Shown: positions 24,267 through 36,300 of the stretch, in pieces
How the letters are laid out: the number at the start of each line of letters is the position of its first letter
Position numbering within the stretch: position 1 is the stretch's first letter
Assembly (NCBI GenBank): GCA_965644315.1
Contig: CBFFRQ010000095.1
Location: 182,014 to 246,013 of the forward strand
Source of the DNA: Caecitellus pseudoparvulus
Lineage: Eukaryota > Protista > Bigyra: Bicosoecida
Length of the DNA: 64,000 bases
Direction: 5' to 3'
The notes under the pieces: generated by a model
What the model was told of the DNA's origin: nothing
What the model saw: only the letters and a program-made list of their open reading frames with translations
The model's database searches: none
Position numbers and translations under genes: made by a program

Positions 24267-26212
24267 CTAGCTGCTGCCGTCGCTGGCACTTCCCGCTGCC
24301 GCGTCACCCCCTTCCTCGCTGCTCTCTGCACCTGAAAACAGGTCGTCACCGTCACTAGAATCCATTTCCACAACTTCCTGCACTTCCTGGTCTTCCTGCG
24401 CGTGAGCGGCGTCCGAGGCCTTGGCTCGCGCCTGGGCCAAGCGAGGGTCAGGCAGAGCTGGCAGGGCTGCTGCGTTGCCGGGCTTGACTTTCGGCGCCAG
24501 GGCGGGGTCACGCCCCTCCTCCATCTCCATCTCTGCAGCCTGTGCATCGTACAGCACTCCGTTGATGTCCACGACACCCACATACACCCACGCCTGTGCC
24601 TGGGAATCCCACTGCTTGCGGAAAGGCTCCCCGGACAGCGGGCAGTGTGTTTGCGAGGGGTCCACGGGCACAGTGTGCTTGGCAACGGCAGTGGACTGCC
24701 CCACGGCTGCATCTGCCGCGGCGCGCGCCTTGGCGGCTGCCTCAGCTTCCGCCTCTGCTGCCCTGCGCTGCTGCTCGAAAAACGGCACAAACTCCGCCTC
24801 TGTCGCCTCTTCCATGCAGGGCGTGCAGGACACCCACTGCGCGGGTGGCAGCAGCCACTGTCGAGACATGAGGCCTTTGGCAGTTTCTGCTCCGTGGTGG
24901 TCCTCTGCCCACTGCGAGTGGGCCGCCAGCTGTTCAGGCGAGGCGAAACGCGCACCGTCCAAGCGGCACTGAAACGGCCGCCCCTCGTACAACGCGTGCA
25001 CGGCTGCACGGTCCACTGCCGTCACACGCCACCCATCCAGCACATCATTCCGTGTCGCAGCTTCCGCAGGCGTCACTCGGCCGTCAGTGGGAGGGGGGGG
25101 TGGTGCCGCGGCGGCGGGGGGCCCTGCGTGGGCGCTGTGGCCTGCTGCCTGCTGCGCTGTCATCTGGTGGTGCAGGAGTGTGTCACAGAGGTACGCCGCG
25201 TAGTCTGGCATGGGGGGAGGGGCGGTGTCTGGCAGCAGGCCGCCCAGCACCTGCTGCACGCGTGCGACCTCTCGTGCGACGTGCGCGGCAAGGTCGGGGT
25301 CGCGCGTGGCGAGGGTGCGAGTCACCGGCCCGAAGTCCAGCTGATGCATGGCTGATGCGAGAGGTGGCAACGCCGTGAGGGCCTGCCGCACGAGGCCTGT
25401 CAGGGGCAGGGCGTCGAAGTCGGGGTGTGAGGGGGGGGGCTGTGCCGCCGGGCCAGAGGGGGGGGGGTGTGACGGCTGTGCAGGCGCAGGCGTGTGGTAG
25501 GGGTCGCTTGGGTCAGAGCCTGGTGGGGGGGGGCCTGAGCTTGTGCGAGGCCGCTTGGGCGCTGACGTGGTCACGCCCTGCAGCAGGCCCAACTGTGCGG
25601 GTGCTGGCGTTTCGAGGGGGCGTTTCGCGCCACTGCTGCGTTGCCGCCGCAGTGCATTCTCGCTGGCGGCTGCTATGACTGCGTCCGCCGTCGTGGAGGA
25701 AAAGATGTGGAACTGAACCCAGGACTTGGCAGTGCGCACGACGCGTCGTTCGTCCTCGGGTGACAGCTGCCGTGGCAGGAAGGGGGGGGCGGTGCGTGGG
25801 CTGTGTGTCTTGTGAAGTAGCTTGCCTGTCTGGCCGGCCGAGCAAGTGCACACGCACGGAGGGAATGGCTTGGGACAGAGCCTCCACGATGAGATCCCGG
25901 GCGATGCCGATGTAGGGTTCCCCAACAGCCTTCAAAATGGCGTCTAGTACGTACAGAATGGGCACTTTGTGGTCTGGCGGCGCCTGCAGTGCGGCACATG
26001 CGGCGGGGTGCGGAAATGGAAAACAACACGCCTGGCCTCGGCCAGCGTACCTGCTGCATGATGGACAGCAGCGTGCGCACGATGGCAGTGGCCTGCTCCA
26101 CATCACCGCTTTCTGCCCTGGCAATGTCCCGCAGCGCCTTGATGCGCTCCCTGTCGGGGTGGTTCCTCAGCTGCAGCAGGCCTGCCGTAAAGCCCTGCTG
26201 CCACCCCGGCAT
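24267..26212 (-). CDS. PCF11: Pre-mRNA cleavage factor PCF11; introns 25984-26050 and 25767-25857
   Basis: N-terminal CID (HKVPILYVLDAILKAVGEPY) and C-terminal ALYEGRPFQC..G.RF, SRQWLL...WV and CP.SGEPF..WD....WVY. Confidence 0.85.
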
Positions 26213-26355
26213 GGCGTCCTGCACACCGCCTGCGCAGACCACTGGGCTCCTCGGCGACACTTTCCACACACCAGCTCGTCTTGCAATGCACTCTCTCCCG
26301 TGACGCGCCGTGAACGGGCGTGCTTGGTTTTTGTGCGGTGCACACGACTGCCGCC

Positions 26356-27853
26356 ATGCAGGTGGCACAGCCAGAAGGCCGCCTGACGCTGCTGCTGCCG
26401 GGGGGGGGGCGACACAGCCTGCACCGGTGTTTCCTGTGCACGGCCTGCGCGTGCATCCTGCCAGATGCCCCCACCGCCGTCGTCCGCCGCGCCACTGCCG
26501 CCCACTGCCCGCTGTGCTTCACGCCGGTTTCGGGGCTGCATGCGGCACAGCAGAATTACCGGTGCGTGGTGCAGAGCAGTGACACTGGCGGAAGGAGGCA
26601 AAGGCGACGCCAGGGGAGGACTGCAGTATTGCATGTGTTCTCTGTGGCCCCTTCGCAGGTGTGCGCGGTGCTTCGTGTGCCCCATGTGCGACGCAGGAGT
26701 GGCGGTGGCAGCTGAGGCTGGCCAGCATCGCCTGGTCTGTCCTGCGTGTGACTGGATGAGCGACGAGCATGGGTCCAGCGAGGCCGAGCTTCGAGCAGCC
26801 CTTGCAGCGGAGGAAGAACGCGTGTTTGGTGGCATCAAGGTCCAGCACGCTGCTGTGGCTGCGCAGCTGCGCGCTGCATTGGGTCCACGAGCTGCTCCGC
26901 GTAACGCCAGTGAAACGGCAGCAGGTGAGCCCGTGGGCCTGTCCAAGCCACAGTTGCTGCCACGAGAAGACACGGGCGTGCTGACATCCCATCATGAGTT
27001 GCGAGTGGAGGCAGCAGCTGCAGCGTCGCCGTCACAAGTCCCTGTGGCTGCTGCGTTGGACAGCGCAGGGCAGCCTGTGCCTCGAGCACGCCTGGTGGCG
27101 ACATGCATTGCCAAGTGCCGGGCGTGCCTGGAGCAGGGCCGTGCAGGGGTGCTGTTCAAGCCTGAAGTGAACCCCCTGGTGGGTGACTCCGCCTCCTCCC
27201 GCGCTCACTCTGCCCGGCACATGAAGGACATGGGGGTGACAGGGCTGTTGCCGCGAGTGGCTGTTCTGGCTCTGCACACGCGCTCTGGCTCGTGCCAGGC
27301 GGATGCGGCAAAGGTCCTGGCGCGGGGTGCCCCTGCGTTGCCGCAGGGCGCCGCTGCGTCGCTGGTTGACTCGGAGGTGGTGGTGGATGTGCTGCTGAGC
27401 AACCCCACTCGGCATGAAGTTACAGTGAGTCTGCAGGAGGAGGAGGTCGGAACACAGGGCGTTTCTGGTGTTCTTCACAGCACTGTTCCGACGTCGGTGT
27501 CCGTTGTGCTGGGGGCACAGGACATCGCGGAGGAGGCGGTCGCCCCCGAGCCCCAGCCCCCGCCGGAGTGGGGGGACGCTGCTGACGTGACTCCGAGCGT
27601 TGTGTGGGCGGCTCAAAACTCCGCAATTCTCCGCCTGCCTCTGCGTGCGATCCAGCGGAGCGATGGGGCAACGGGGGAGCCTGCTACCTGGGGCGCTGCC
27701 GCCGCTTCCCCTGGTTCACCGCACCACATCTTGCTGCCTTTGCGTATTACGGTGCCGCCCACCGCGTGGATTGCCGCCGACAGCGCCGGGCAACGCAGCA
27801 GAGACGAGCCGTTGACTCTGCCCCTACCCCTGCTGTTCACGTCGCAGGGGTGA
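26356..27853 (+). CDS. DCTN4: Dynactin subunit 4 (p62); intron 26562-26658
   Basis: Cys-rich N-terminus HCPLCF, NYR|CARCFVCPMC and LVCPACDW, then KCRAC...VLFKPEVNP and LLSNP. Confidence 0.8.
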
Positions 27854-29286
27854 AGGTGCCTACCAGGGCGGTTTGCTTGTACCCGGCGGCCAGGGCGGAA
27901 GCTCGGAACACGAGCGGCTTGCCCTTGCCGGAACACGCTTGAGTCACTGCACGTGGCTGGCCCTCCCTGTACAAGTACCGGTGTCCCAGTTGCTGGGAGT
28001 GCCCTAGGCGTCCGTCTGAGCCGCAGCCCCACGTCCAGACGCTCCCCTGTGCATCAAGAACAGCGGAGTGGATGCCGCCGGAAGCCGGAACAACTGCAAA
28101 GGGGGCTGCTGCCTCCTCTGCCGCGTCCGGGGCATGGGCAGTCTGGTGTGGGGCGGGGTGCACCCCCCCTGCCGGCCCTGTGAAGGGGGGTATGACCACC
28201 GGCTCCACACAGGCGTCCTGCGTGGCGTGATCCCACTCGCCACACCCCAACTGGCCCTTGTACGTACTGCCCCACCCCCACAGACGCCCCAGGGTGTCTG
28301 TGGCCAGGATGTGGCCGTGGTGCGTTGACGGCGCGCAGGAGGCACGAGTCACCTGCACGCCCTCTGGCAGCGCAGCTTGTGTGGGGGGGTGTGGGGCTGG
28401 GGCGGTCACTGCCGCTGCCTGGGCCTTGGAAGGCTTCACGCCGGGAATGCAGGCGCAAGACTTGTCCCCCCACACCCACAGCTGCCCGCCCTCCAGCACG
28501 GCTGCGCCGTTCAGCTGCCCCAGGGACACTTGTGTGACTCCGCCGGGCACTGCGTCGACGAGGGCTGGCGTGGCACGGGTGATGTCTGGTTGATGCCGGG
28601 TGGGCCAAGTGCCCAGCAGCCCTGCGGAGGAGTGGCCCCACGTAGCGACGTGTCCCCCCGACTGCGGGTGCGTCAGCAGCACGGCACACGCGTGGTCGCC
28701 TGCTGCGACCTGCGTTGCGACCGCGCCTGGCAGCAGCGTGTCCAGCCCGGGCACTGCTGTGAACGACAGGCGGTCCCCGGGCGGCCCTGAGTCTGCAGGG
28801 GCGGACTTGGCGTAGCCAGTGTGCAGCACCAGGCCCTGGTCGTCCACTGCCAGCGCGTGCCACTGCCCGCAGGCGACCGAGGTCACACGGCCGAGCGAGG
28901 CCGGCGTCTTGGCTGGAGCTGGTCTGAAGAAGCAGTCCTTCTCGGACCCCTGGCCCAGGCGCCCCTTACGGCCACACCCCCACTGAGAAGGAGAAGTTGT
29001 GAGGGGGTGGCGGTGGGCGGCGTGTGGGGGACGGCGCTGCACGCACGGAAACTATGCAGCTTGGCGTTTCGCCTGCCGAAGCCACGCCCGCCACGCCAAA
29101 CGCCGTGCCGAGGGCCAGGCACGTCACATTGGCGTTCGCACCCCCCAGAACTGTGAACAACAGAGCATCCTTTCCAGGTGTCGCTTCGCCCGGCACCACG
29201 CCATCTGCAGACAGCCCACACACGGCAATGCGCCCGGTGGCCTGCGTTTCGCCCTCTCCTTCCTTTCCAGCTGCCTCAGCCGCCAT
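27837..29286 (-). CDS. RCC1-repeat protein; intron 28983-29046
   Basis: Repeated VACGQWHALA, VAAGDHA, WGWGSTYKGQLG and SGGIHSAVL..VWTWGCGSDGRLG motifs. Confidence 0.85.
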
Positions 29287-29503
29287 TGTGCAAAGGCACG
29301 AGGCAGAGGGGCATGCGTGCTGGTCGTGTACACGTAGATGGTGAATCTGCTGATCTACGTTTCTGCGCTTCTCATCTCAATGCATCGGGGCAATGCCGAT
29401 TCAGTCCACAAAATCCAGAACCTCAGAGAGGATGCCCAGGGGGAGGTGCACGCGCACCAGCAGGCCCTCACCTCGTCCCAAACCTTACAAATAGGAGCTA
29501 ACC

Positions 29504-31140
29504 ATGGCGGAGCCTGAGCTGCACCCGTTGGTGGCTGAGTTGGTGCGGAAGGTGGCCAGGTCCGTGCCGGGTGCGGAAGTTGGTCCGCTCAGCCAGCAGG
29601 CAAACCCTGCCCCGCGCCGCGTGTGTTGCACAGGCTGCTGTACCGCGATGAGTTTGTCGTCATAATGGATGCTCTGTCCAGGGCGCCATTCTTGCGGGTG
29701 CGTGCCGTCGCTGCGTGGCTCGTGCTGCACAGCGGGCTGCCACATCGCTGGCGCTGTGCCTCGGTGCTCAGGAGGATATGCTGGAGTCCACGGTGAAGCT
29801 GACGCACCGGCACTCCTGCGTGCTGCTGAAAATCCTCAGGGAAGACGGCATGGTGTGCGAGTGAGTGTGGGTGGTGCGCTGTGACTCGCAGGCGGCGTGG
29901 CATGCGGCCCGTGCGTCAATTTGCGCAGGCAAAAGGTGGGAGACCGGTCGGGTCGGAAACGCGGCAGGGACGGCGAGTCACAGCTGCAGGAGCTGGGTGC
30001 GGAGCGCGCACGTATGGAGCGCCAGCAGGCCCGTGCCAAGGCGGGCATGGACAGTGACTCATCCCTGGACAGTGGTGATGAGGAGGTGGAGGGGGAGGGC
30101 GGGCGCCGCGTGAAACGCACCATCAAGACCAACTGCTGGTACATCAATCCGGGTCTCTTCGTGGACACGGTGCGTTACCGCCTGCACATGATCCGGGAGC
30201 ACTTGAAACGCAAGGACGGCGCTGCAACGCACGAGTTTGACGTTTTTGCGTGCCCGGACGCCGCCTGCGGCTACACGTGTTCCGAGGCGACGGCGATGCG
30301 GAACGCGGAACACCAGGCCGCCGAGGCCGCCGCCGCCGCCGTGGTGGAGGCGGAGGCCTCTGCAGCGCAGCAGGGAGTGACTCTCACCGCCTTGGCCCGG
30401 CGGCAGGTGCAGCAGGCGGCAGCTGTGTCAGCCAAAGCGTTCGTGTGTCCTGAGTGCGGGCAGCCCCTGCGCCTGCGCAACGCAGAGGCCATGACCAGCG
30501 CCGCGTCCACAGCCATGGACTCGTTTGACGCGCAAATGGAGGCGTCTGGCGTGGCGGGGCTGTTGAAGCAGCTGACCAAGGTGCGACTGGGCGCCAACCG
30601 CCCAGCGGACTTTATCGGGGAGGGGACGGTGTCCCTGCACCTGGAGCCGGCAGACATTGCGGACGGCAAGACGTTTAGGCGGGTGCACAGGAGTCAGGGA
30701 GGTGGGGTGGCGGGCGGCAGCGGGCTGGTGTTCCGGCAGGGGGGTGTAGGGGGTGCTGGCAAGCTGGATGTGAGTGTGGACATGGTGGGGTTCGAGGGGG
30801 GGTCAGGGGGGGGGCACCGCCTCGGGAGGGGGGGCACAGGAGATCACTGCGGACAGTGTGGTGGACCTGCAAGACCTTCCTTCCTTCCTTCGCAAGTCAG
30901 CCTTCACGGGGCAGGACTCGACATCCGTGGGGTTTTTGCGGGCCCGCAAGGGGGGTGAAGGGGGAGATGCGGGGGGGTCAGGCTGGCGGAGATGGGGGGC
31001 GGCCTTCTTTGCGCTGCTGTCGTCCATGAGCCTGGGGGGGAGGGGGGGCACCGGCGCAGGATGGGGGGGGTGTCAAGGGGGGGTCCACCCTGCCGGAGGT
31101 CAGCGGCGGTGGCGACGATGATAGCGATGGGTGGGAGTGA
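29504..31140 (+). CDS. GTF2E1: General transcription factor IIE subunit alpha; introns 29560-29633, 29698-29771 and 29861-29928; frameshifts in G-runs after about 30800
   Basis: LVAELVRKVAR|LLYRDEFVVIMDAL, WYINPGLFVDTVRYRLHMI and a zinc ribbon CPDAAC...FVCPECG. LPSFL and an acidic DDDSDGWE* end occur in shifted frames. Confidence 0.85.
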
Positions 31141-31657
31141 GGGGTGCAGAGGCATGCAATGCACGTGCGATTGTCTCGCTGGGCAGCACAGTGCCGACTG
31201 CGGCGGCGGGCGCCTCGTGTTTGAAGGCGGCTTGTTGCCTGGCCTGCACAGAGTGCACACCCCCTGCCCGGGCATTGACAGCCGGCCGCCTCACTCGAAA
31301 CGCCACCTGCATTTGCGGCAGCCCTCGGATGTTTGGGTTGCTTGCCGCCGCCCGTGACGCCCCCCACAACGTGGTGCTCCCGCCCAGTGCACGGCCACGC
31401 CCGCGTTCGGTGGTGCAATTTCCGCTCACACCGGCAGGCGCCGCCTCACAGCACACAGTAGCGGGCGACAGCTGCTGCTGCACTCACGCTCCACTCACAC
31501 ACTCTTTGCGTCATGGCTGGCCGGGGTCGTGGTGCGTTGCGTGTGGCTGTGTAGCACACTGCAGCTGCCGCGGGCTGTCTGCGCACCATCTGGCGCAGCG
31601 CAAGCCAACCACACTGCGCACACACCCACGCCCCCCCCACCTTCGACAGAGCGCACC

Positions 31658-33203
31658 ATGCCCGCGTGGATGAAGGCACAGAGCTCATCAAGTGCCGGGT
31701 CGGCGCCGGGCGGCTTGAGCCAGGCGGCCCCCGCCCCAACCTATGGGGGTGGAGGTGGGGGTGGCGGTGGAGGGGGTGTGTTTTCACAGGCACCCCCCCC
31801 CTCCAGCTTCGGAGGCCCCCCTCCGAACACCTTCGCAGCGGGGGGTGCCGCGCCAGGCGGCTTGGGGCACAGCCTGCCCTCCCACGCCCCGGGAGGGGGG
31901 GGTGGAGGGGGGGGCTCAGGCGTCCCCATGCACGCCCCTATGCCAGTGGCCGCCACGAAGTTCTGCATCGACCGAGAGCGGCAGTGGACGAAGCGCAAGC
32001 GGCGGCGTGCGACGCTGTTCGACGTGCCGCCCGGGGAGGTGGAGGCCATCGCGGGGCCGGACTACATGACGGGGGGCGTGACGCCGGGCAAGGCTGCGCC
32101 AGTGGACTCTGACATGGGCGGCGCCGTTTCCATGCAGGCCACGCGGCACGCACGGCGCATTTACGTGGGAGGCGTCGGAGATGTCACGGAGCGGGATCTG
32201 CATGATTACTTTAACTCCGTCATTGACAAGGCGTACAAGCCCATTCCCGGCGGCGCGGTGCTGTCGGTGTACAAAAACAGCGAGCGGCGTTTCGCGTTTG
32301 TGGAGTTTCGCACGCTGGCACTCACCACCGCCGCCATGGCCCTGGACGGCATCAACTACAACGGGCAGCCGTTGAAGCTGCGCAGGCCCAACGACTACAA
32401 CCCCGATGCCGTGCCTGCTTCCTTGCAGGGTGAGGAGATCCACCTGAACTTGGGTTCGCTCGGCATCGTGTCGTCCACCGTGCCGGACAGCCCCTACAAG
32501 GTGTTCATGGGGGGGCTGCCACACCACCTGCAGGCGGCAGACATCATCCAGCTCCTGACACCTTTCGGGCCGCTGAAGGGTTTCCACCTCGTGAAGGAGT
32601 CGGGGGCTGAGCACAGCAAGGGCTATGCGTTTTTCGAGTTCGCTGACCCGTCGGTAACGCAGGACGCCTGCGAGGGGCTGAACGGGCTGCAGCTTGGCGA
32701 CAGGGCGCTCACAGTGCGCATGGCCATGAACTCGCAGTACGCCCACAACATGACTGTGCCGCAGGTGGCGGGGGGCAGCAACGCGGTGCCACTTGGGGGC
32801 GGAGGGGGCGGGGCGCCAGGCGCACCCCCCCTCCAGGGGCAGGGTGCCCCCCCCCCCTGCCCAGGCCCCCGCCCCCGCAGGAGCCCAGGTGGCCCCCACA
32901 CGCCCTGTCAGCCGCGTGCTGCGGCTGAGCAACATGGTAACGCAGGAGGACCTGGGGGACGATGCGGAATTCGCAGACATCAAGGCGGACATTCAGCAGG
33001 AAGCCGCCAAGTTCGGCGCGGTGGCAGACGTCATTATGCCGCGGCACGGGGCACCCGGAACAGGGCAGGTGTTCATTGTGTATGCAGAGCCCTCTGCTGC
33101 CGCGGCGGCGGCGCGAGACATGGCGGGGCGAGCGTTTGCGGGGCGCACGGTGTGTGCGGAGTTTCTGAACGAGGACGCCTTCGCGGCAGGACGCCTGGAC
33201 TGA
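31658..33203 (+). CDS. U2AF2: U2 snRNP auxiliary factor large subunit (U2AF65); frameshift in the C-run at about 32847-32857
   Basis: ULM-like KRKRRRATLFDVPP, RRM1 QATRHARRIYVGG...FAFVEFRT...LRRPNDY and RRM2 PDSPYKVFMGGLP..SKGYAFFEF. The UHM SRVLRLSNMVTQEDL...FAGRTV lies in ORF 32793-33203. Confidence 0.92.
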
Positions 33204-33359
33204 CGGGGCAGGTGGCGTCAAGCGGCACAATCCAAGCACTTTCGACGGCACGTCACGTGTCGTGATCCCAGCGCTGACGCCCGTGGGTTTGGTTGCCGCA
33301 CTGGCGTCCTGGCGCCATCGCAGTGAGCGTGCACCTGCACTGCACCAGCTCGCAGCACC

Positions 33360-36300
33360 ATGGCGCTGGTGATTGAGGAGCAGGAGGTGGAGCGCATCCG
33401 GAACGCGCAGAAGCAGTACCCGTCGCGGAAATTCACCGATGCAGCATTCCCCTGCAGCGACCATGCAGTCTTCTTCGATGTGAGTGCGGCGTGGGCGGGC
33501 TCGAGAGCCAATGTGAGATCGCGGGTGCGCCGCTCAATTTCCGCAGCCTGAGATGCCCCCCATGTGGTTCACGGGCGACGCGCGCACTGAAGGCGGCAAG
33601 CACGTGCTGTGGTGAGTGATTCTGTGTGCAGGGTGGGCGTTCCCCACTGCCTGCGTGTCGCAGGGGTGCACGACCTCCCCTTGTGCTGCAGGCAACACCC
33701 CGCCGAGGCGAGTGACGGCGAGGCCGTGCTGGCACTGGGCGGCGACCTGGGGCGTTCAGACGTCGTGGTGCCCGGCACGCTGGATGAAGTGGCCATCGTG
33801 TCTGCGTTGGTGACTGTGGCGAGTCAGGGCGAGGACGCCGTGAGCGTGGTGCTGTGCACGCCGGATGAGGATGTGGAGCAGTGCGGGATTATGACGGCGC
33901 GTTTCTTCCTGGACGGCGAGTGGGTCACCACCACCGTGGACACACGCGTGCCCATGGACCCCGCGGGGCGGGGACCGCTGTTTTCAGCGTGCCTGAACCC
34001 AGCCGAGTGCTGGCTGCAGTTGATGCTCAAGGCGTGGGCTAAGGTGTGGGGGGGGTACGAAGCCACGCACTGCGGGCGGTCCCCGCTCATGGGGTTTGTG
34101 GACAGGGGGTGTGCAGGGGCCCCCCAGGTCCTGCGGGAGGGGGGTATCGCCCGGGCCCTGACGGCAGTCACGGGGGGTGCCACGGAGACGGTGGAGCTGG
34201 CTGGCAACGCACGAGTGGCGGCGCAGGTGGCCAGTGACTCCCTCTGGCGCCGCCTGCTGGGGTGGCAGGGGGGCAAGGGGTATCCCCTCGCAGCCAGTGT
34301 GCCATGGGCGGAGGAGGGGGAGGGGATCGGGGGGGGCGGCGGACCCCCCCCCTCCCCCACCGCGGGGGGGTCCGCCCCCGCCACCCTGGCCCACAGGGGT
34401 CTGCTGCGGGGCCTCGCGTATCCCGTCCTGTACCTGAAGGAGGTGGGGCGGGATGTGCGGCTGGTGAAGCTGCGCAACCCGTACGGGGGGGCGCGGTCGT
34501 ATGGGGGGGTGCCGTCGGAGTGGAGGGGGGATTGGTCCGACGGCTCCGATCTTTGGTCGGACCGGCCGGAAGTGGAGGCGGCCCTGATTGACGACACTGA
34601 CCCTCGTTGCGACTTCGAGCGGGCGCAGGACGGCGTGTTCTGGATGAGTTGGAAGGACTTCACGAGCGTGTTCGGAACACTCTACGTCGTGCGTGTTCCG
34701 ACCCACGACACCACCTGTGTCCAGGCGACGGGGGCGTGGGTGGGGTCCAGCGCGGCGGGCCCCCCCCGCGTCACTGATCTGGGCATGCCGGTGGTGGAGG
34801 GGGCGGATGCGGCGGCGGGCAGTGGGCCCACGAGTCGCCGGGGTGACTCCGAGTCAAAGGAGGGCAAGGAGGCGCCCCCCACCGCCGCCGACATGGGCCA
34901 CGCAGGGGAAGGCAAGACGCCGGAGGAGGTGCTGGGTGTTCCGGGTGGCGGGTCGGAACACGCCGTCGCCTCCCTGCGTTCCTCCGCCGCCTCGCAGGCT
35001 GCACCCCTACCGCCCGACACACCCATCCCCCCCGGCATGGGGCTGCCCCACCGCCCCCCCGGCAAGGGCGACGTGACGGGTCAGTTTGTGACTCCCGACG
35101 GCGATGCTGCGTTTTTCCGCAACCCCCAGTTCCGCCTCACCGTGCCACGAGTGGAGCTGTCCGCCAAAGCCGCCCTGGCCGCGACCAAGGCAGAGGCCAT
35201 GGCGCAGAGTCTCGGCACCACAGTCCACGCTGTCCTGGATGCGCAGGCGGCTGGGCGGGCAGCGGGGCTGGCCATGGGTCAAGCCGCGTCAGCCACAGCG
35301 GCCGCAGACGCCTCTGCGTCCAGCGCCCTGGTGCTGGGGCCGACCCCCCCCGCCCGGCTCAAGGCGCTGGATGCGACGCTGGCGGACGGGTGGGCCCATG
35401 CGGTGGCGCGGGGCGGGTTGATGGGCCCAGACGGCGCCCCCCTGCACAAGGCCGCCCGCATCAAGCGGGGAGCGGTGAAAGTCACTCTCTCCCTCATGCA
35501 GGCAGAGGACCGCGGGTCACCGGCGACCGCTGCGGCTGGGGCGGCAGGGGGGGATGAGGGGGGTGCGGAGGGTGGGCCCACCCCCGCCCTGCCGCTGCGT
35601 TTCATCGTCCTGCGCCGGCGGCGGGGCGAACGGGGGCGGGTGTGGGACATCAAGGCGTCTGACGTCATCGCTGACTCCGCCGCCGCGAAGTTCGCGCCTG
35701 ACTCGTGGGTCACCGGCACGCCTGGCGCTGAGGTGCTGCACACGGCACTGTGGCTGGACCCCGCCCACTCCTACGTCATCGTGCCCTTCACTGCCAGTCG
35801 GGGGCGGGAGGCGCCGTTCCTGCTGCGGGTGTTCGCGAAGAACACGCCCGTCACCCTGCGTCCCACGCCGCCGCCCGCCTCCGTCAGCGTCACGGGGCAG
35901 TGGGCGGGGGCCTCAAATTCCGCAGGGGGCGCCCTGCACCTGCCAGCTCTCCCCACCCTGGGCCATGCCAGCCCTATCTTGCAGACAGCGGCCGCCGCGG
36001 CAGCTGCAGGGGGGGCGGCACGTGCCATGGGCAGTGTGGCGCTGCGGCGTCTGACGCGGCCCAACCCGCGGTGGGCGCTAAATCCGCAGTTCGCCGTGAC
36101 ACTGCTGCGTTCCCCCTCCCAGACCGCGGCGAGTCAACCCGTGCCCAGGCGCAGCACGCCCGGTGGGGGGGTGGGCCCAGGTTCCGCAGTGAGTGGCTGG
36201 CGCGGCACGGCCACAGTGAGTCTGGGGCGGTTCACGTCGCCGGGGCCTGCGTTGGGGGCGACGCGTATTACGGAGGCGGAACTTGCGGGTCTGGGAGTCA

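Noticed and set aside
24158-25009. N-terminal extension of the 847-aa CDK ORF, suggesting a PCF11-CDK fusion
   Set aside because: It is an alternative frame of the PCF11 3' end; PCF11 stops at 24267 and the CDK has its own ATG at 24157.
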